Shown: positions 1 through 11,229 of the stretch, in pieces | How the letters are laid out: every line of letters begins with the position of its first letter | How positions within the stretch are numbered: the first letter of the stretch is position 1 | DNA from: a candidate division WOR-3 bacterium | GTDB lineage: Bacteria > Hydrothermota > Tepidihabitantia > Tepidihabitantales > Tepidihabitantaceae | Assembly (NCBI GenBank): GCA_965649225.1 | Contig: CBFGJX010000018.1 | Span: forward strand, 1 to 55,098 | Direction of reading: 5' to 3' | DNA length: 55,098 nt | The notes under the pieces: generated by a model | Told to the model about the DNA's origin: nothing | The model's database searches: none | The model's input: the letters and a program-made list of their open reading frames with translations, nothing else | Made by a program: the position numbers and the translations under genes

Positions 1-323
1 TTCTCAACTACTCCTCGCACATCGGCCTGTATCACCGGCAAATCGGCATAGATCAGCCGCTCATCAGGCACAATCACGTTGACGCCCCGTTCACGCAGGT
101 ACTGCCTGACCTCCCGTGATCGAAAATAGAGGTTGACAACATCAAGATCGGCTACGCTCAAACTTCTACCGGTTTTTGCCTGCGCCAGGGCGAAGTTGAC
201 CGCGACCTCGGTCTTCCCTGAGCCGTAACCGCCGGCAAAAACCACCAAGTCCGGCAGTTTATCAATCAGCTCATCGGCACCAATCCAACACGGCGACTCG
301 CCGGAAGCCGAGACGCTCGTCAT
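1..323 (-). CDS. P-loop ATP-binding protein (MinD/CbiA-like), truncated by window start
   Basis: Not in ORF track. Manual translation from ATG 323: MTSVSASG...LVVFAGGYGSGKTEVAVNFA...VADLDVVNLYFRSRE, i.e. Walker A plus DLDxVNxYFRSRE motif; open to window edge. Confidence 0.85.
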   Translation of the reverse strand, partial: MTSVSASGESPCWIGADELIDKLPDLVVFAGGYGSGKTEVAVNFALAQAKTGRSLSVADLDVVNLYFRSREVRQYLRERGVNVIVPDERLIYADLPVIQADVRGVVE

Positions 324-330
324 AGATGCT

Positions 331-359
331 AGACTAACCGGAAACCGGCTGGCGGTCAA
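331..359 (-). promoter_or_regulatory. sigma70-type promoter, apparently leaderless (P-loop ATPase)
   Basis: Minus strand TTGACC-N17-TAGTCT-N7-ATG, no SD. Confidence 0.6.
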
Positions 360-681
360 CAACTGGCTAGATAGACTTCTGCCGACATCTCCCGCCGCAA
401 CCACCCTGCCCACCGTCCGGTAACGGTATCAAAAAGCCACCCAGTCAACGGACACAGCAAGCCTCAACTTTGCAACTGATTGACAGAATATCCCTTAATG
501 TGGCGAACCTGGCAGAAGTGTTTCTGCCCCCTTGTTCGATTGTCGCCAAATGGGATTCAATCAAGCGTAAGGTCCTGACCACAGACCGAATGCTGGCGTG
601 CAGACTGTCGAAATCGTCATCCACCACCAGCACCCACACCGCTTGCTCGAAGTTGAACCTGACACCGGCAGTCCATCGTTC

Positions 682-709
682 TTGACACCTTGTCGAGTCT
701 GGCTATATT
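682..709 (+). promoter_or_regulatory. sigma70-type promoter for tRNA-Val and downstream genes
   Basis: TTGACA-N16-TATATT, 30 nt before the tRNA. Confidence 0.7.
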
Positions 710-739
710 ACCCTACCTTGGGCCTGCTCAATGACATCC

Positions 740-815
<76 letters not shown>

Positions 816-879
816 TCATGGCGAGGTGCGAGCCAGCAGCCGCACCTCGTCTGTTTTTTGGAAGGCTTGCAGGATCAAA

Positions 880-1587
880 ATGAAACAGCGCTACGAACAG
901 CTATGGGCTCTGCAGCAAGTCGACTCCGAGCTCAAAACCTTGCGAGCCCGACTCGAAGGCATCCCCGAACGTATCGCCGGGCTCAAGAAGGCTGCCGCTG
1001 ATCTGCGTTCGGGCCTCGAATCAGCCCGTACCGGCATAGTCGAGCACCGCAAGCAGTACAAGCTGGCAGAAGTCGAATTGAGAAACGCCGAAGAGAAAAT
1101 AAACAGCTATTCGGTTCAGCTCTACTCGGCCAAGACTAACGAACAGTACAAAGCCTTTCTGAAAGAAATCGAAACCCAGAAAAAGCTGAAGAGTGAAATC
1201 GAAGACCGGATGATCCTCCTGATGGAGGAAACCGAAGAGCTTGACAAACAAGCGCGCGCCGCTGAAAAGCGACTGGCCGAAGTCGAAGCCGACACTGCCC
1301 GCAAAGTGGCAATGCTTGAAGCGGAAGAAAAGGAAGTCCGCGCTGCAGTTGCTGAACGAGAGACACTGCGCGAACGACTGATAGCCGAACTGCCCGCCGA
1401 CATACTCAGAAGATACGAACGAATCCACGCCAGCAAGGCCGGCGTGGCGGTGTCAGTCATACGCAAAGACCGGTGCAGTGGCTGCCTGTCACCTATCCCC
1501 CCTCAGCGCATCGTCGAGATAGAACGCGCCGACCGTCTCTACATCTGTGAAGCCTGTGGCCGTATCATCATCACCGGCCGCGACTGA
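880..1587 (+). CDS. Coiled-coil protein with C4-type zinc ribbon (COG1579-like)
   Basis: Long coiled coil then CSGC...CEACGRI; start trimmed to ATG 880 (MKQRYEQLWALQ). Confidence 0.9.
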   Translation: MKQRYEQLWALQQVDSELKTLRARLEGIPERIAGLKKAAADLRSGLESARTGIVEHRKQYKLAEVELRNAEEKINSYSVQLYSAKTNEQYKAFLKEIETQKKLKSEIEDRMILLMEETEELDKQARAAEKRLAEVEADTARKVAMLEAEEKEVRAAVAERETLRERLIAELPADILRRYERIHASKAGVAVSVIRKDRCSGCLSPIPPQRIVEIERADRLYICEACGRIIITGRD

Positions 1588-1592
1588 ACACA

Positions 1593-2009
1593 TTGGGCTA
1601 CACCATCCATATCGACGGCTCCAGCAGATTCAATCCTGGGCCGGCGGGAATCGGAATTGCAATCATTGACCCTGACGGCAACGTAACGCGAGAAATCAGC
1701 CGTTTCATCGGTATCCGGACCAACAATCAGGCCGAGTACGAAGCACTGCTTTGCGCTCTGCACGAGTGTCGCAGACTTGCCGCCCCGGTAGTGATCAAGA
1801 CCGATTCCGAACTGCTCTACTACCAGATCATCGGCCGCTACCGTGTACGCGACCCCAAGCTGAAACAGCTTCACGGTGAAGCAATCCGGCTCCTGCAGCA
1901 ATTACCGCAGGTTGGCATCGAACTCGTCCGCCGTGATTGCAACAAGCTTCCCGATCGGCTGGCACGCGCCGCGTCGGAAGCGGTTGATGTCGTCAAGAAG
2001 CACAACTGA
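1593..2009 (+). CDS. rnhA: Ribonuclease HI family protein
   Basis: IDGSSRFNPGPAGIG, TNNQAEYEAL, DSEL and NKLPD motifs give the D-E-D-D catalytic set. Confidence 0.9.
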   Translation: MGYTIHIDGSSRFNPGPAGIGIAIIDPDGNVTREISRFIGIRTNNQAEYEALLCALHECRRLAAPVVIKTDSELLYYQIIGRYRVRDPKLKQLHGEAIRLLQQLPQVGIELVRRDCNKLPDRLARAASEAVDVVKKHN

Positions 2010-2868
2010 TACTGCCCGGCAATCGCCCGTAGTCTGGCTGATGCCGCTGGGGACGATTGTTCAGTACTTTCTCCCCCGCTGGGTCGTGGTCATTATCGCC
2101 AAAATGCTGGCCCCGGTGCTGTGGCAGATTGACCGACGTCGACGCGCGGCTCTGGAGTCCAACTTCCGTCATATAATCGGGTCCAGTCTCGCTCCAAACC
2201 AGTTACGGACTCTCGGCCAACGCGCTTTCCGCCACCTGCTCGAATCGACATTCGACACCCTGCGGATCCCGGTTCTCCGCCGAAGAGTGCGAGGATTGGC
2301 CGAGTTCGACCGCAGCCTGCTCGAACGCAGCTCTCGCCGCGGAGCGATCGTAGTCACCGCTCATATTGCCAACTGGGACCTGGCTGGTGCAATCATCGCC
2401 GCACATGGCTTTGAGACATCGGCGGTCGTCGAAACGATCCCCGGCGGCTGGACCCGCACCTTTGACCGCTATCGACGGGCGACTGGGTTGCAGACGATTC
2501 CGCTTTGGTCCACCCCCCTGTTACGCCAGGCACTACTCAACCGCCGAGTTGTCGCGCTCGTCGCCGACCGCGACATCACCGGTAACGGCATCATCTGTCC
2601 GGCCTTCGACGCCCAGCGCAGTTTTCCCAAGGGCCCTGCGTGGTGTGCCCTTCGCTACCGGTTGCCAATCATCATTGGAATCATCAGCTTTCAGCATCGG
2701 CGCGGGCGACCGCCGTATCGGATCGAAACCGAACTGCTCGACTTTTGCCCCAGCGGCCAGCTCGGCAATGATATCGAAGCACTTACCGGCTTGATCGCCG
2801 AACGGCTGAACTCGGCGATAGCACAGTTTCCAGACCAATGGCTGGTCTTCAGCCCTGACTGGCGATGA
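1987..2868 (+). CDS. Lysophospholipid/lipid A acyltransferase family (LpxL/PatA-like)
   Basis: HIANWD (HxxxxD) motif, LVADRD, PDQWLVF; start uncertain (ATG 1987 or 2041). Confidence 0.82.
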   Translation: MSSRSTTDTARQSPVVWLMPLGTIVQYFLPRWVVVIIAKMLAPVLWQIDRRRRAALESNFRHIIGSSLAPNQLRTLGQRAFRHLLESTFDTLRIPVLRRRVRGLAEFDRSLLERSSRRGAIVVTAHIANWDLAGAIIAAHGFETSAVVETIPGGWTRTFDRYRRATGLQTIPLWSTPLLRQALLNRRVVALVADRDITGNGIICPAFDAQRSFPKGPAWCALRYRLPIIIGIISFQHRRGRPPYRIETELLDFCPSGQLGNDIEALTGLIAERLNSAIAQFPDQWLVFSPDWR

Positions 2869-3302
2869 AAACCATTCTCGTACTTGTCCAGCGCCTGAGC
2901 GAAACACCAATCCCGACGAGAAAAACTCCGGGCAGTGCCGGTTTCGACATCTGTGCCGCACGAACAGTGACAATCCCTGCCTTCGGCTTTGCCACCGTCG
3001 GTACCGGCCTGGCGCTTCAACTGCCAGCCGGAGTCGAAGCTCAGGTCAGGCCGCGCTCCGGCCTCGCGGCCAGACATGGTATCGGGGTCCTCAATTCGCC
3101 GGGAACAATCGACTCGGATTACCGCGGCGAAATCGAGGTCGTGCTCTTCAACCATTCCGGCAAACCCTACCGGGTCCGTCGCGGCGACCGCATTGCCCAG
3201 CTCGTTTTTGTCCGCACTGCTGCAGTCAGGTTGAAGGAAGCCAGCCGTCTCAGCGAAACGAAGCGAGGCAAAGGCGGATTCGGCCACACCGGTAGAAACT
3301 AA
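2865..3302 (+). CDS. dut: dUTP diphosphatase
   Basis: SAGFD, RPRSGLA, GTIDSDYRGE, RIAQL, RGKGGFGHTG; ATGA overlap with upstream gene. Confidence 0.97.
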   Translation: MKTILVLVQRLSETPIPTRKTPGSAGFDICAARTVTIPAFGFATVGTGLALQLPAGVEAQVRPRSGLAARHGIGVLNSPGTIDSDYRGEIEVVLFNHSGKPYRVRRGDRIAQLVFVRTAAVRLKEASRLSETKRGKGGFGHTGRN

Positions 3303-4481
3303 ATGGCCAAGCCTTTACGCATCTGCCTGGTCTCATCTGCCTTCCGTCCCTATCCCTCCGGACTCAGTGAACATGTCTACTACCTTGCACTGAATCTGCA
3401 TCGGGCTGGCCATGCAGTCACCGTGCTTACCACTGAATTCGCCCGGACGGAGCCGGACCGCGAACCTTTCACCGTTGTCCGCTGCGGACGCGCACTGCGC
3501 ATACCGATGAACGGATCATTCGCCACTCTGCCAGTGGGACTGCGGCTGAAAAGTCAGGTTCACCATCTCATCACCACCAGCAACTTCGACATCGTTCACT
3601 GCCATGGCTTGTACTGGCCGGAAATCTCCTATTGGGCGTTGCGCTACAGTCGTGCGATAAACCTGGTGACATTCGTCAGCGCCGGCTTCCGCATCCGTCG
3701 CTTCGGGGCCGGACTGTACCGACGGCTGTTTCGAAGACATCTCGGTCGAATTCATGCCCGGATTGCGGTCTCCCACCGGGCGCGACTGGCTGCCGAACCT
3801 TACGCCCCGGGACATTACCACATCATCCCTTGCGGAGTGGACCTCGAACGTTTCCGCCCCGACCTGCCGCTCCCGCAGACTCATGCCGAATTCTTCGCCC
3901 CGGACAAACGAATCGTACTCTTTGTCGGTCGACTCGACCGACGCAAAGGCATCGACGTACTCCTGAAGGCTTTTGCTCTCATTAAGCAGCGACTCTCGAA
4001 TGTCTGGCTGGCAGTAATCGGCAACGGCCCACTGATGAAAGCTGCCCACCGCCTGGCTCGTCGACTTGATATTGCTGACCGGACACTGTTTGTCGGAGAG
4101 ATTTCTCCTGCGGAACTACCGAACTGGTATGCGTGCGCTGATCTGTACTGCTCGCCCGCACTGGGCGGCGAAACACTGGGCATCGTTCTGCTCGAAGCGA
4201 TGGCCTCAGCCACGCCGGTGATTGCCTCGCGCATCCCGGGGTACAGCGAGACGATCAGAGACGGTATCGACGGATTGTTATTCCAACCCGGCGACCCGGT
4301 TGCCTTGTCTCACGCTGCCCTGCGCATTCTCACCGACAGTGGTCTATCCGAACAATTTCGCCGGGCCGGGAGAGCTCGTGCCGCCCGATATGCCTGGCCG
4401 GTTGTCTGCGCCGAAACCTTGAAACTCTATGCCGAACTGCTGGCCTCAAAGCCAAGCGCACGTGCCAGCAATTCGAACTGA
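3303..4481 (+). CDS. Glycosyltransferase family 4 (PimA-like)
   Basis: GT-B fold: FVGRLDRRKG, GGETLGIVLLEAMAS; N-terminal GRALRIPMNGSFATL resembles PimA. Confidence 0.88.
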   Translation: MAKPLRICLVSSAFRPYPSGLSEHVYYLALNLHRAGHAVTVLTTEFARTEPDREPFTVVRCGRALRIPMNGSFATLPVGLRLKSQVHHLITTSNFDIVHCHGLYWPEISYWALRYSRAINLVTFVSAGFRIRRFGAGLYRRLFRRHLGRIHARIAVSHRARLAAEPYAPGHYHIIPCGVDLERFRPDLPLPQTHAEFFAPDKRIVLFVGRLDRRKGIDVLLKAFALIKQRLSNVWLAVIGNGPLMKAAHRLARRLDIADRTLFVGEISPAELPNWYACADLYCSPALGGETLGIVLLEAMASATPVIASRIPGYSETIRDGIDGLLFQPGDPVALSHAALRILTDSGLSEQFRRAGRARAARYAWPVVCAETLKLYAELLASKPSARASNSN

Positions 4482-5230
4482 ACCGGTTTAAGACATTCAG
4501 CCCGGGCAGTCGGATCAATTTCCGCCTTTTCGAGGGCTTTCAGAATCTTCCCGCGGTCGAACCCCGGCAGCGACATCAGACTGTTGCTCACCATCTTGCG
4601 CCGATGAGCAAATGCCGCCTTGACCACTCGGCGAAAGAGTTTCTCATCAGCGACATCGAAGACAGGGTTGGCCAGTCGAGTGAGACGAAAAACTGTCGAA
4701 ACCACTTCGGGCTGAGGTTTGAAGGCCGTCGGCTCAATATTGAAAAGTCTTTCGCGACCACAGACACGGGAAAAGAAAACTGCCGCAGGGCCGTAGTCGC
4801 GGGTGCCGGGCTCTGCCAGAATCCTCAATGCAAACTCGCGCTGAGTTGTGAACACGCCCACTCGCCAGCTTTCGAGTGACTCAAGCAACCGAAAGAGCAT
4901 CGGTGCGGCCAGATTGTAGGGCAGATTGCCGATAATCCGCAGGTCACGATACGCGGTAATGTCAAACGTCAGGAAATCACCATGGACGATACTCAGTCGA
5001 TCGCTCTGCAGCTCCGCCGCCAACCCTGCCGCCAATCGCTCATCAATCTCAACCGCTATTACTCTGCCGGCCCGTTGCAGAAGCCGACGGGTCAGTATTC
5101 CCTTGCCCGGGCCTATTTCCAGGACGGTATCGGAACTGCCGCATGACAGACAAGAAACAATATCGTCAGCGATCGCCTCATGTGTCAGAAAGGACTGGCC
5201 GAGCCACCGCCGGGGACGAAGGTGTTTCAA
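4427..5230 (-). CDS. rsmA: 16S rRNA m6(2)A dimethyltransferase
   Basis: LGQSFL, LEIGPGKG, VEID, GNLPY, FKPQPEVVS, FAHRRK. Confidence 0.95.
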   Translation of the reverse strand: MKHLRPRRWLGQSFLTHEAIADDIVSCLSCGSSDTVLEIGPGKGILTRRLLQRAGRVIAVEIDERLAAGLAAELQSDRLSIVHGDFLTFDITAYRDLRIIGNLPYNLAAPMLFRLLESLESWRVGVFTTQREFALRILAEPGTRDYGPAAVFFSRVCGRERLFNIEPTAFKPQPEVVSTVFRLTRLANPVFDVADEKLFRRVVKAAFAHRRKMVSNSLMSLPGFDRGKILKALEKAEIDPTARAECLKPVQFELLARALGFEASSSA

Positions 5231-5281
5231 ATCTGCCAGAGTTTGAACGGAACGACGAGAAAGTTCTGTCGCGGTCGCTGG

Positions 5282-6079
5282 TTAGATCCGGAAGCAGCGC
5301 CGGGCGTTTTCGCGGGTAAGATCGGCAATCTCCTTGACCGTCAGATTCTTTGCCTTGGCCAGTACCTCAACCGTCTGACGCAGAAATGCCGGCTCATTGC
5401 GCTGCCCGCGATGCTCCCCGGGAGCAAGGTAAGGTGCATCAGTTTCCACCATCAATCGCTCGACCGGAATCATCCGGGCAACATCGAGGAGACGTTCATC
5501 ACCGTAAGTCAAGTTGCCGGCAAAGGATATGTAGAGATTGTTCGCCAACGCCCACTCGGCAAACTTGCGGTCACCCGAGAAGCAATGAATCACTCCTCTG
5601 AAATGATTGTGTTCCTCCATCAGAGCCCGCACCCTGGCTGCCGAATCACGCATGTGCACCACTACCGGCAAATCCAGCATTCGCGCGAGCTCCAGTTGCG
5701 CGGCAAATGCCATCTCCTGATTGGCGCGCGACGAAATACCCCGGAAGAAATCCAGACCGATCTCCCCGATCGCCTTGACGGCACCATCTATCAACAAATC
5801 CTTCAGGCTCTGGACATCGACTGAGCGAAAACGGTCTGCCTCGTGGGGATGAACCCCGACCGCGCACCAGCAGTTGTCATGCTGACGACACAGCGCAACA
5901 TTTTCACGGCTGTCCGGAACGCTCTGGCTGGCACAGAGCATCTCTCGCACCCCGGCAGTATGTGCCCGCCTTATCACCGCGCCGAGCTCGGCGCCGAACT
6001 GCGGATCGGTCAGGTGGCAGTGCGAATCGAAGAGCGAAAGACCGTCTGGATTATCAACGGTACGACGTACAGCCTTCAC
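5282..6079 (-). CDS. tatD: TatD family hydrolase
   Basis: DSHCH, GVHPH, IGEIGLD, VHMR, IHCFSG, ETDAPYL. Confidence 0.95.
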   Translation of the reverse strand: MKAVRRTVDNPDGLSLFDSHCHLTDPQFGAELGAVIRRAHTAGVREMLCASQSVPDSRENVALCRQHDNCWCAVGVHPHEADRFRSVDVQSLKDLLIDGAVKAIGEIGLDFFRGISSRANQEMAFAAQLELARMLDLPVVVHMRDSAARVRALMEEHNHFRGVIHCFSGDRKFAEWALANNLYISFAGNLTYGDERLLDVARMIPVERLMVETDAPYLAPGEHRGQRNEPAFLRQTVEVLAKAKNLTVKEIADLTRENARRCFRI

Positions 6080-8088
6080 GATACCGACGCCCCGGGGGCG
6101 AGCTCTCGATCGAGCGTCAACAGTGACACACCGTCCGGACCGGTGGCAGCCAGCAACATTGCGTTCGACTCAACGCCACGAATCTTCGCCGGCACCAGGT
6201 TGACCACAACAATAATCGTACGTCCCACAAGGGCTGCAGGCTCGTACGCCTTGCCCACGCCGGCAACCAGCTGACGCTGTTCACTGCCAATGTCGACAGT
6301 CATCTTCAGCAGCTTGTCCGCCCCGGGCACGCGTTCACAGGTCAGGATTTTGGCTGCCTTCATCTGGACCTTGGAAAAGTCATCTATTGTTATCATTTTC
6401 TCCTCCGCGGGCCGGTCGGTCACCCCGGTGCCGCCGGCACGGCCGCTCAGGCGCTGTATCTGGACAGCTATGGCTTCGTCGCCGATCTTGTTGAACAGAA
6501 TCTCGACTGGACCAAGCTCACTCGGCAAACCCGGACAGACGGCGTCAGACCAGGAGCGTTCGCCAAGCCCGAGCATTCTTCCGATTTTGCGACTGGTGAA
6601 GGGAAGAAACGGTCGGCACACAATTTCCAGAGTCGAAACCAGCCGCAGACAGGTCGCAATCGTCCGCTCACAGGCAGCCCGATCCGTCTTGATGGTGCGC
6701 CATGGACTCTGGTGGTCAAAGTAACGGTTGCCAAGAGCAGGCAGAGTCATCATTTCCCGCGCCGCATCTTTGATGCGATAGCTGTCAATCAACTCGCCAA
6801 TCCTGGCCGGTGCCGTCGCGATTGTGTTCATCACCTCGCCGGCAGCGCTGTCGTCGGCATTGCGGTTGGGACAACGGCCGCCATAGTTCTTCTGCACGAA
6901 AACCGCTACCCGGTTTACGAAATTCCCCAGCACATCGGCCAATTCGTTGTTGTTGCGTGCCTGAAAATCGTGCCAGGTGAAGTCAACGTCACGGTTCTCG
7001 GGCAGATTGACAGCCAGCGCGTAGCGCAGAATGTCGGCAGGAAAATCTTTCAGATATTCAGGGAGCCAGACTGCCCGGTTGCGTGAGGTCGATATCTTCT
7101 CGCCCTCAAGGTTCAAAAACTCGTTCGCCGGCACATCCGTCGGCAGAACAAAATCGCCGTGGGCCATCAACATCGCCGGCCAGACTATGGCGTGAAAGAC
7201 AATATTGTCCTTGCCGATGAAATGAACCAGTCGTGTGGTTGGATCGAACCAGTAATCACGCCAAAGCTCGGGGCGTCCCAACCGCTCTGCCCACTCTTTG
7301 GTCGCCGAGATGTAGCCAATGGGAGCGTCGAACCAGACGTACATCACTTTCCCTGCCGCTTCCGGCAGCGGGACCGGAACACCCCAGGTGAGGTCGCGTG
7401 TCACCGACCGGTCACGCAGTCCCTTGGCGAACCACCCCTCACAGAAACGCCTGACATTCGGCTTCCAGTCACGCTTCGTGTCCAACCATCGTCGAAGTTC
7501 ATCCTGCAATCGGGAAAGTGCAAAAAACCAGTGCGTGGTCTCCCTTATTTCGGGTCGCGCATTGCAGGTGCGACATCGCGGGTCAATCAGCTCAAGAGGA
7601 TCAATCCAGCGACCGCACGCCTCGCATTGATCCCCGCGGGCCCCGGCACTGCCGCAGTTCGGACAGATGCCCTCCACGTAACGATCGGCAAGAAACATCC
7701 GGTCGTTAGGGCAATAAAGCTGCCGGGTTTTCTGTGGTTGCAGGAAACCACGTTCATGCACCCGTAAAAAGAAGGCCTGGGCGGTCTGATAATGCAGCGG
7801 CAGCGATGTCCGGGAATAGTTGTCGAACTCTATTCCGAACCGCTCGAATGAATCCCTTATGCTGAAGTGATAACGGTCAATCAACTCGCGCGGCGAACAG
7901 CCCAGCTGCTGAGCCGCAATAGTTATCGGCACACCATGTTCATCAGAACCACAGACGTAGACGACATCTGATTTTCTCAAGCGATGGTATCTGACGAAAA
8001 TGTCGGCAGGAAGATAGGCTCCGGCCAGGTGTCCAAGATGGACATCGCCGTTCGCATAGGGCAGGGCACTTGTCACCAGTAATTTCAT
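6076..8088 (-). CDS. metG: Methionine--tRNA ligase with C-terminal tRNA-binding domain
   Basis: ALPYANG-HLGH, zinc knuckles, YVWFDA, KISTS, C-terminal OB-fold. Confidence 0.98.
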   Translation of the reverse strand: MKLLVTSALPYANGDVHLGHLAGAYLPADIFVRYHRLRKSDVVYVCGSDEHGVPITIAAQQLGCSPRELIDRYHFSIRDSFERFGIEFDNYSRTSLPLHYQTAQAFFLRVHERGFLQPQKTRQLYCPNDRMFLADRYVEGICPNCGSAGARGDQCEACGRWIDPLELIDPRCRTCNARPEIRETTHWFFALSRLQDELRRWLDTKRDWKPNVRRFCEGWFAKGLRDRSVTRDLTWGVPVPLPEAAGKVMYVWFDAPIGYISATKEWAERLGRPELWRDYWFDPTTRLVHFIGKDNIVFHAIVWPAMLMAHGDFVLPTDVPANEFLNLEGEKISTSRNRAVWLPEYLKDFPADILRYALAVNLPENRDVDFTWHDFQARNNNELADVLGNFVNRVAVFVQKNYGGRCPNRNADDSAAGEVMNTIATAPARIGELIDSYRIKDAAREMMTLPALGNRYFDHQSPWRTIKTDRAACERTIATCLRLVSTLEIVCRPFLPFTSRKIGRMLGLGERSWSDAVCPGLPSELGPVEILFNKIGDEAIAVQIQRLSGRAGGTGVTDRPAEEKMITIDDFSKVQMKAAKILTCERVPGADKLLKMTVDIGSEQRQLVAGVGKAYEPAALVGRTIIVVVNLVPAKIRGVESNAMLLAATGPDGVSLLTLDRELAPGASVS

Positions 8089-8096
8089 TTTCGGTC

Positions 8097-8124
8097 AGGG
8101 TATGGTCAGGCCGCCATCAATCAA
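8097..8124 (-). promoter_or_regulatory. Putative leaderless promoter of metG-tatD-rsmA
   Basis: TTGATT-N16-TACCCT-N8-ATG, no SD. Confidence 0.45.
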
Positions 8125-8166
8125 TCTTGGCTCGGTCCGAAGAGCGAACTGGCCGCGAGCAAGAAG

Positions 8167-8343
8167 CTAGATCTCCGGCGGTGCCTCCTGCTCGACATAA
8201 CCGACAACCCGGTCCTGACGGAACGAAGCCACCAGTTTTCCGCCCTTGTAGAAATAGTAATAGCCATCCTTCAATTCGACCTTGTCGGCGTCGATATTGA
8301 CAAAGGGACGGCGCTCGAAATCTATGTACACCTCTAGCCGCAT
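8167..8343 (-). CDS. Small hypothetical protein, 58 aa
   Basis: MRLEVYIDFERRPFVNIDADKVELKDGYYYFYKGGKLVASFRQDRVVGYVEQEAPPEI*; strong SD TAAGGAG before ATG; own promoter; fills the ahcY-metG gap. Confidence 0.8.
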   Translation of the reverse strand: MRLEVYIDFERRPFVNIDADKVELKDGYYYFYKGGKLVASFRQDRVVGYVEQEAPPEI

Positions 8344-8392
8344 GTCCTTCTCCTTATTTTCTGTTCTGCAATCTGCCGCTCTTCAACGACGC

Positions 8393-8421
8393 ATTGTCGC
8401 CCCACCCGAAGTTGCTGTCAA
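8393..8421 (-). promoter_or_regulatory. Promoter of the 58-aa ORF
   Basis: TTGACA-N17-GACAAT. Confidence 0.55.
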
Positions 8422-8443
8422 GCGTGGACGAGCCGCACGCGAA

Positions 8444-10904
<2,461 letters not shown>

Positions 10905-10947
10905 CGGTATCCTCCGCGATTCAAGACCTCGCACTACCAAAAGTTGA

Positions 10948-11136
10948 CGTCAGCTGATGCCATATCAGCTCCGCTCGCCTCCGCCGAGAGCCCCCAGTGA
11001 ATAGGGCCGACAAACTGCGTGAAACTCTGGTCATCGCCAACCATCTCCTGGGGCGTCGGCAATACGCCTCAGTCCTGGGAATGCTCTCCAACGGCATCGC
11101 CGGAACAGCCAAACCGGCAGACGAAACACACTGACG
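10948..11136 (-). ncRNA. Candidate structured RNA (189-nt rod; metK leader or 6S-like)
   Basis: Nested pairings CGTCAG/CTGACG, TGCCG/TGGCA, TTGGCT/AGCTGA, GAGAGC/GCTCTC, CCCAG/CTGGG, GCCGAC/GTCGGC, TGGTT/GACCA; begins 6 nt after a promoter-like -10. Confidence 0.5.
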
Positions 11137-11142
11137 ACAGCC

Positions 11143-11170
11143 AGCTTGACCGACAGCCGTCGACACTCAA
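11143..11170 (-). promoter_or_regulatory. Putative promoter of rod RNA / metK-ahcY
   Basis: TTGAGT-N16-CAAGCT; weak match to consensus. Confidence 0.4.
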
Positions 11171-11229
11171 AACAATGAAGTCCAAAACCGGCATCATCAC
11201 CGGCCATCATATCACCGTCTGGGCCGGGG

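Noticed and set aside
4427..4481. 55-bp convergent overlap of GT4 and rsmA 3' ends
   Set aside because: Short tail-to-tail overlaps of non-conserved C-termini are common in compact genomes.
10905..11229. Canonical SAM-I/SAH riboswitch or MetJ box upstream of metK
   Set aside because: No ATCxAGAG...GCAACC core seen. The single TGACGTCA palindrome is only a partial, non-tandem Met-box match.
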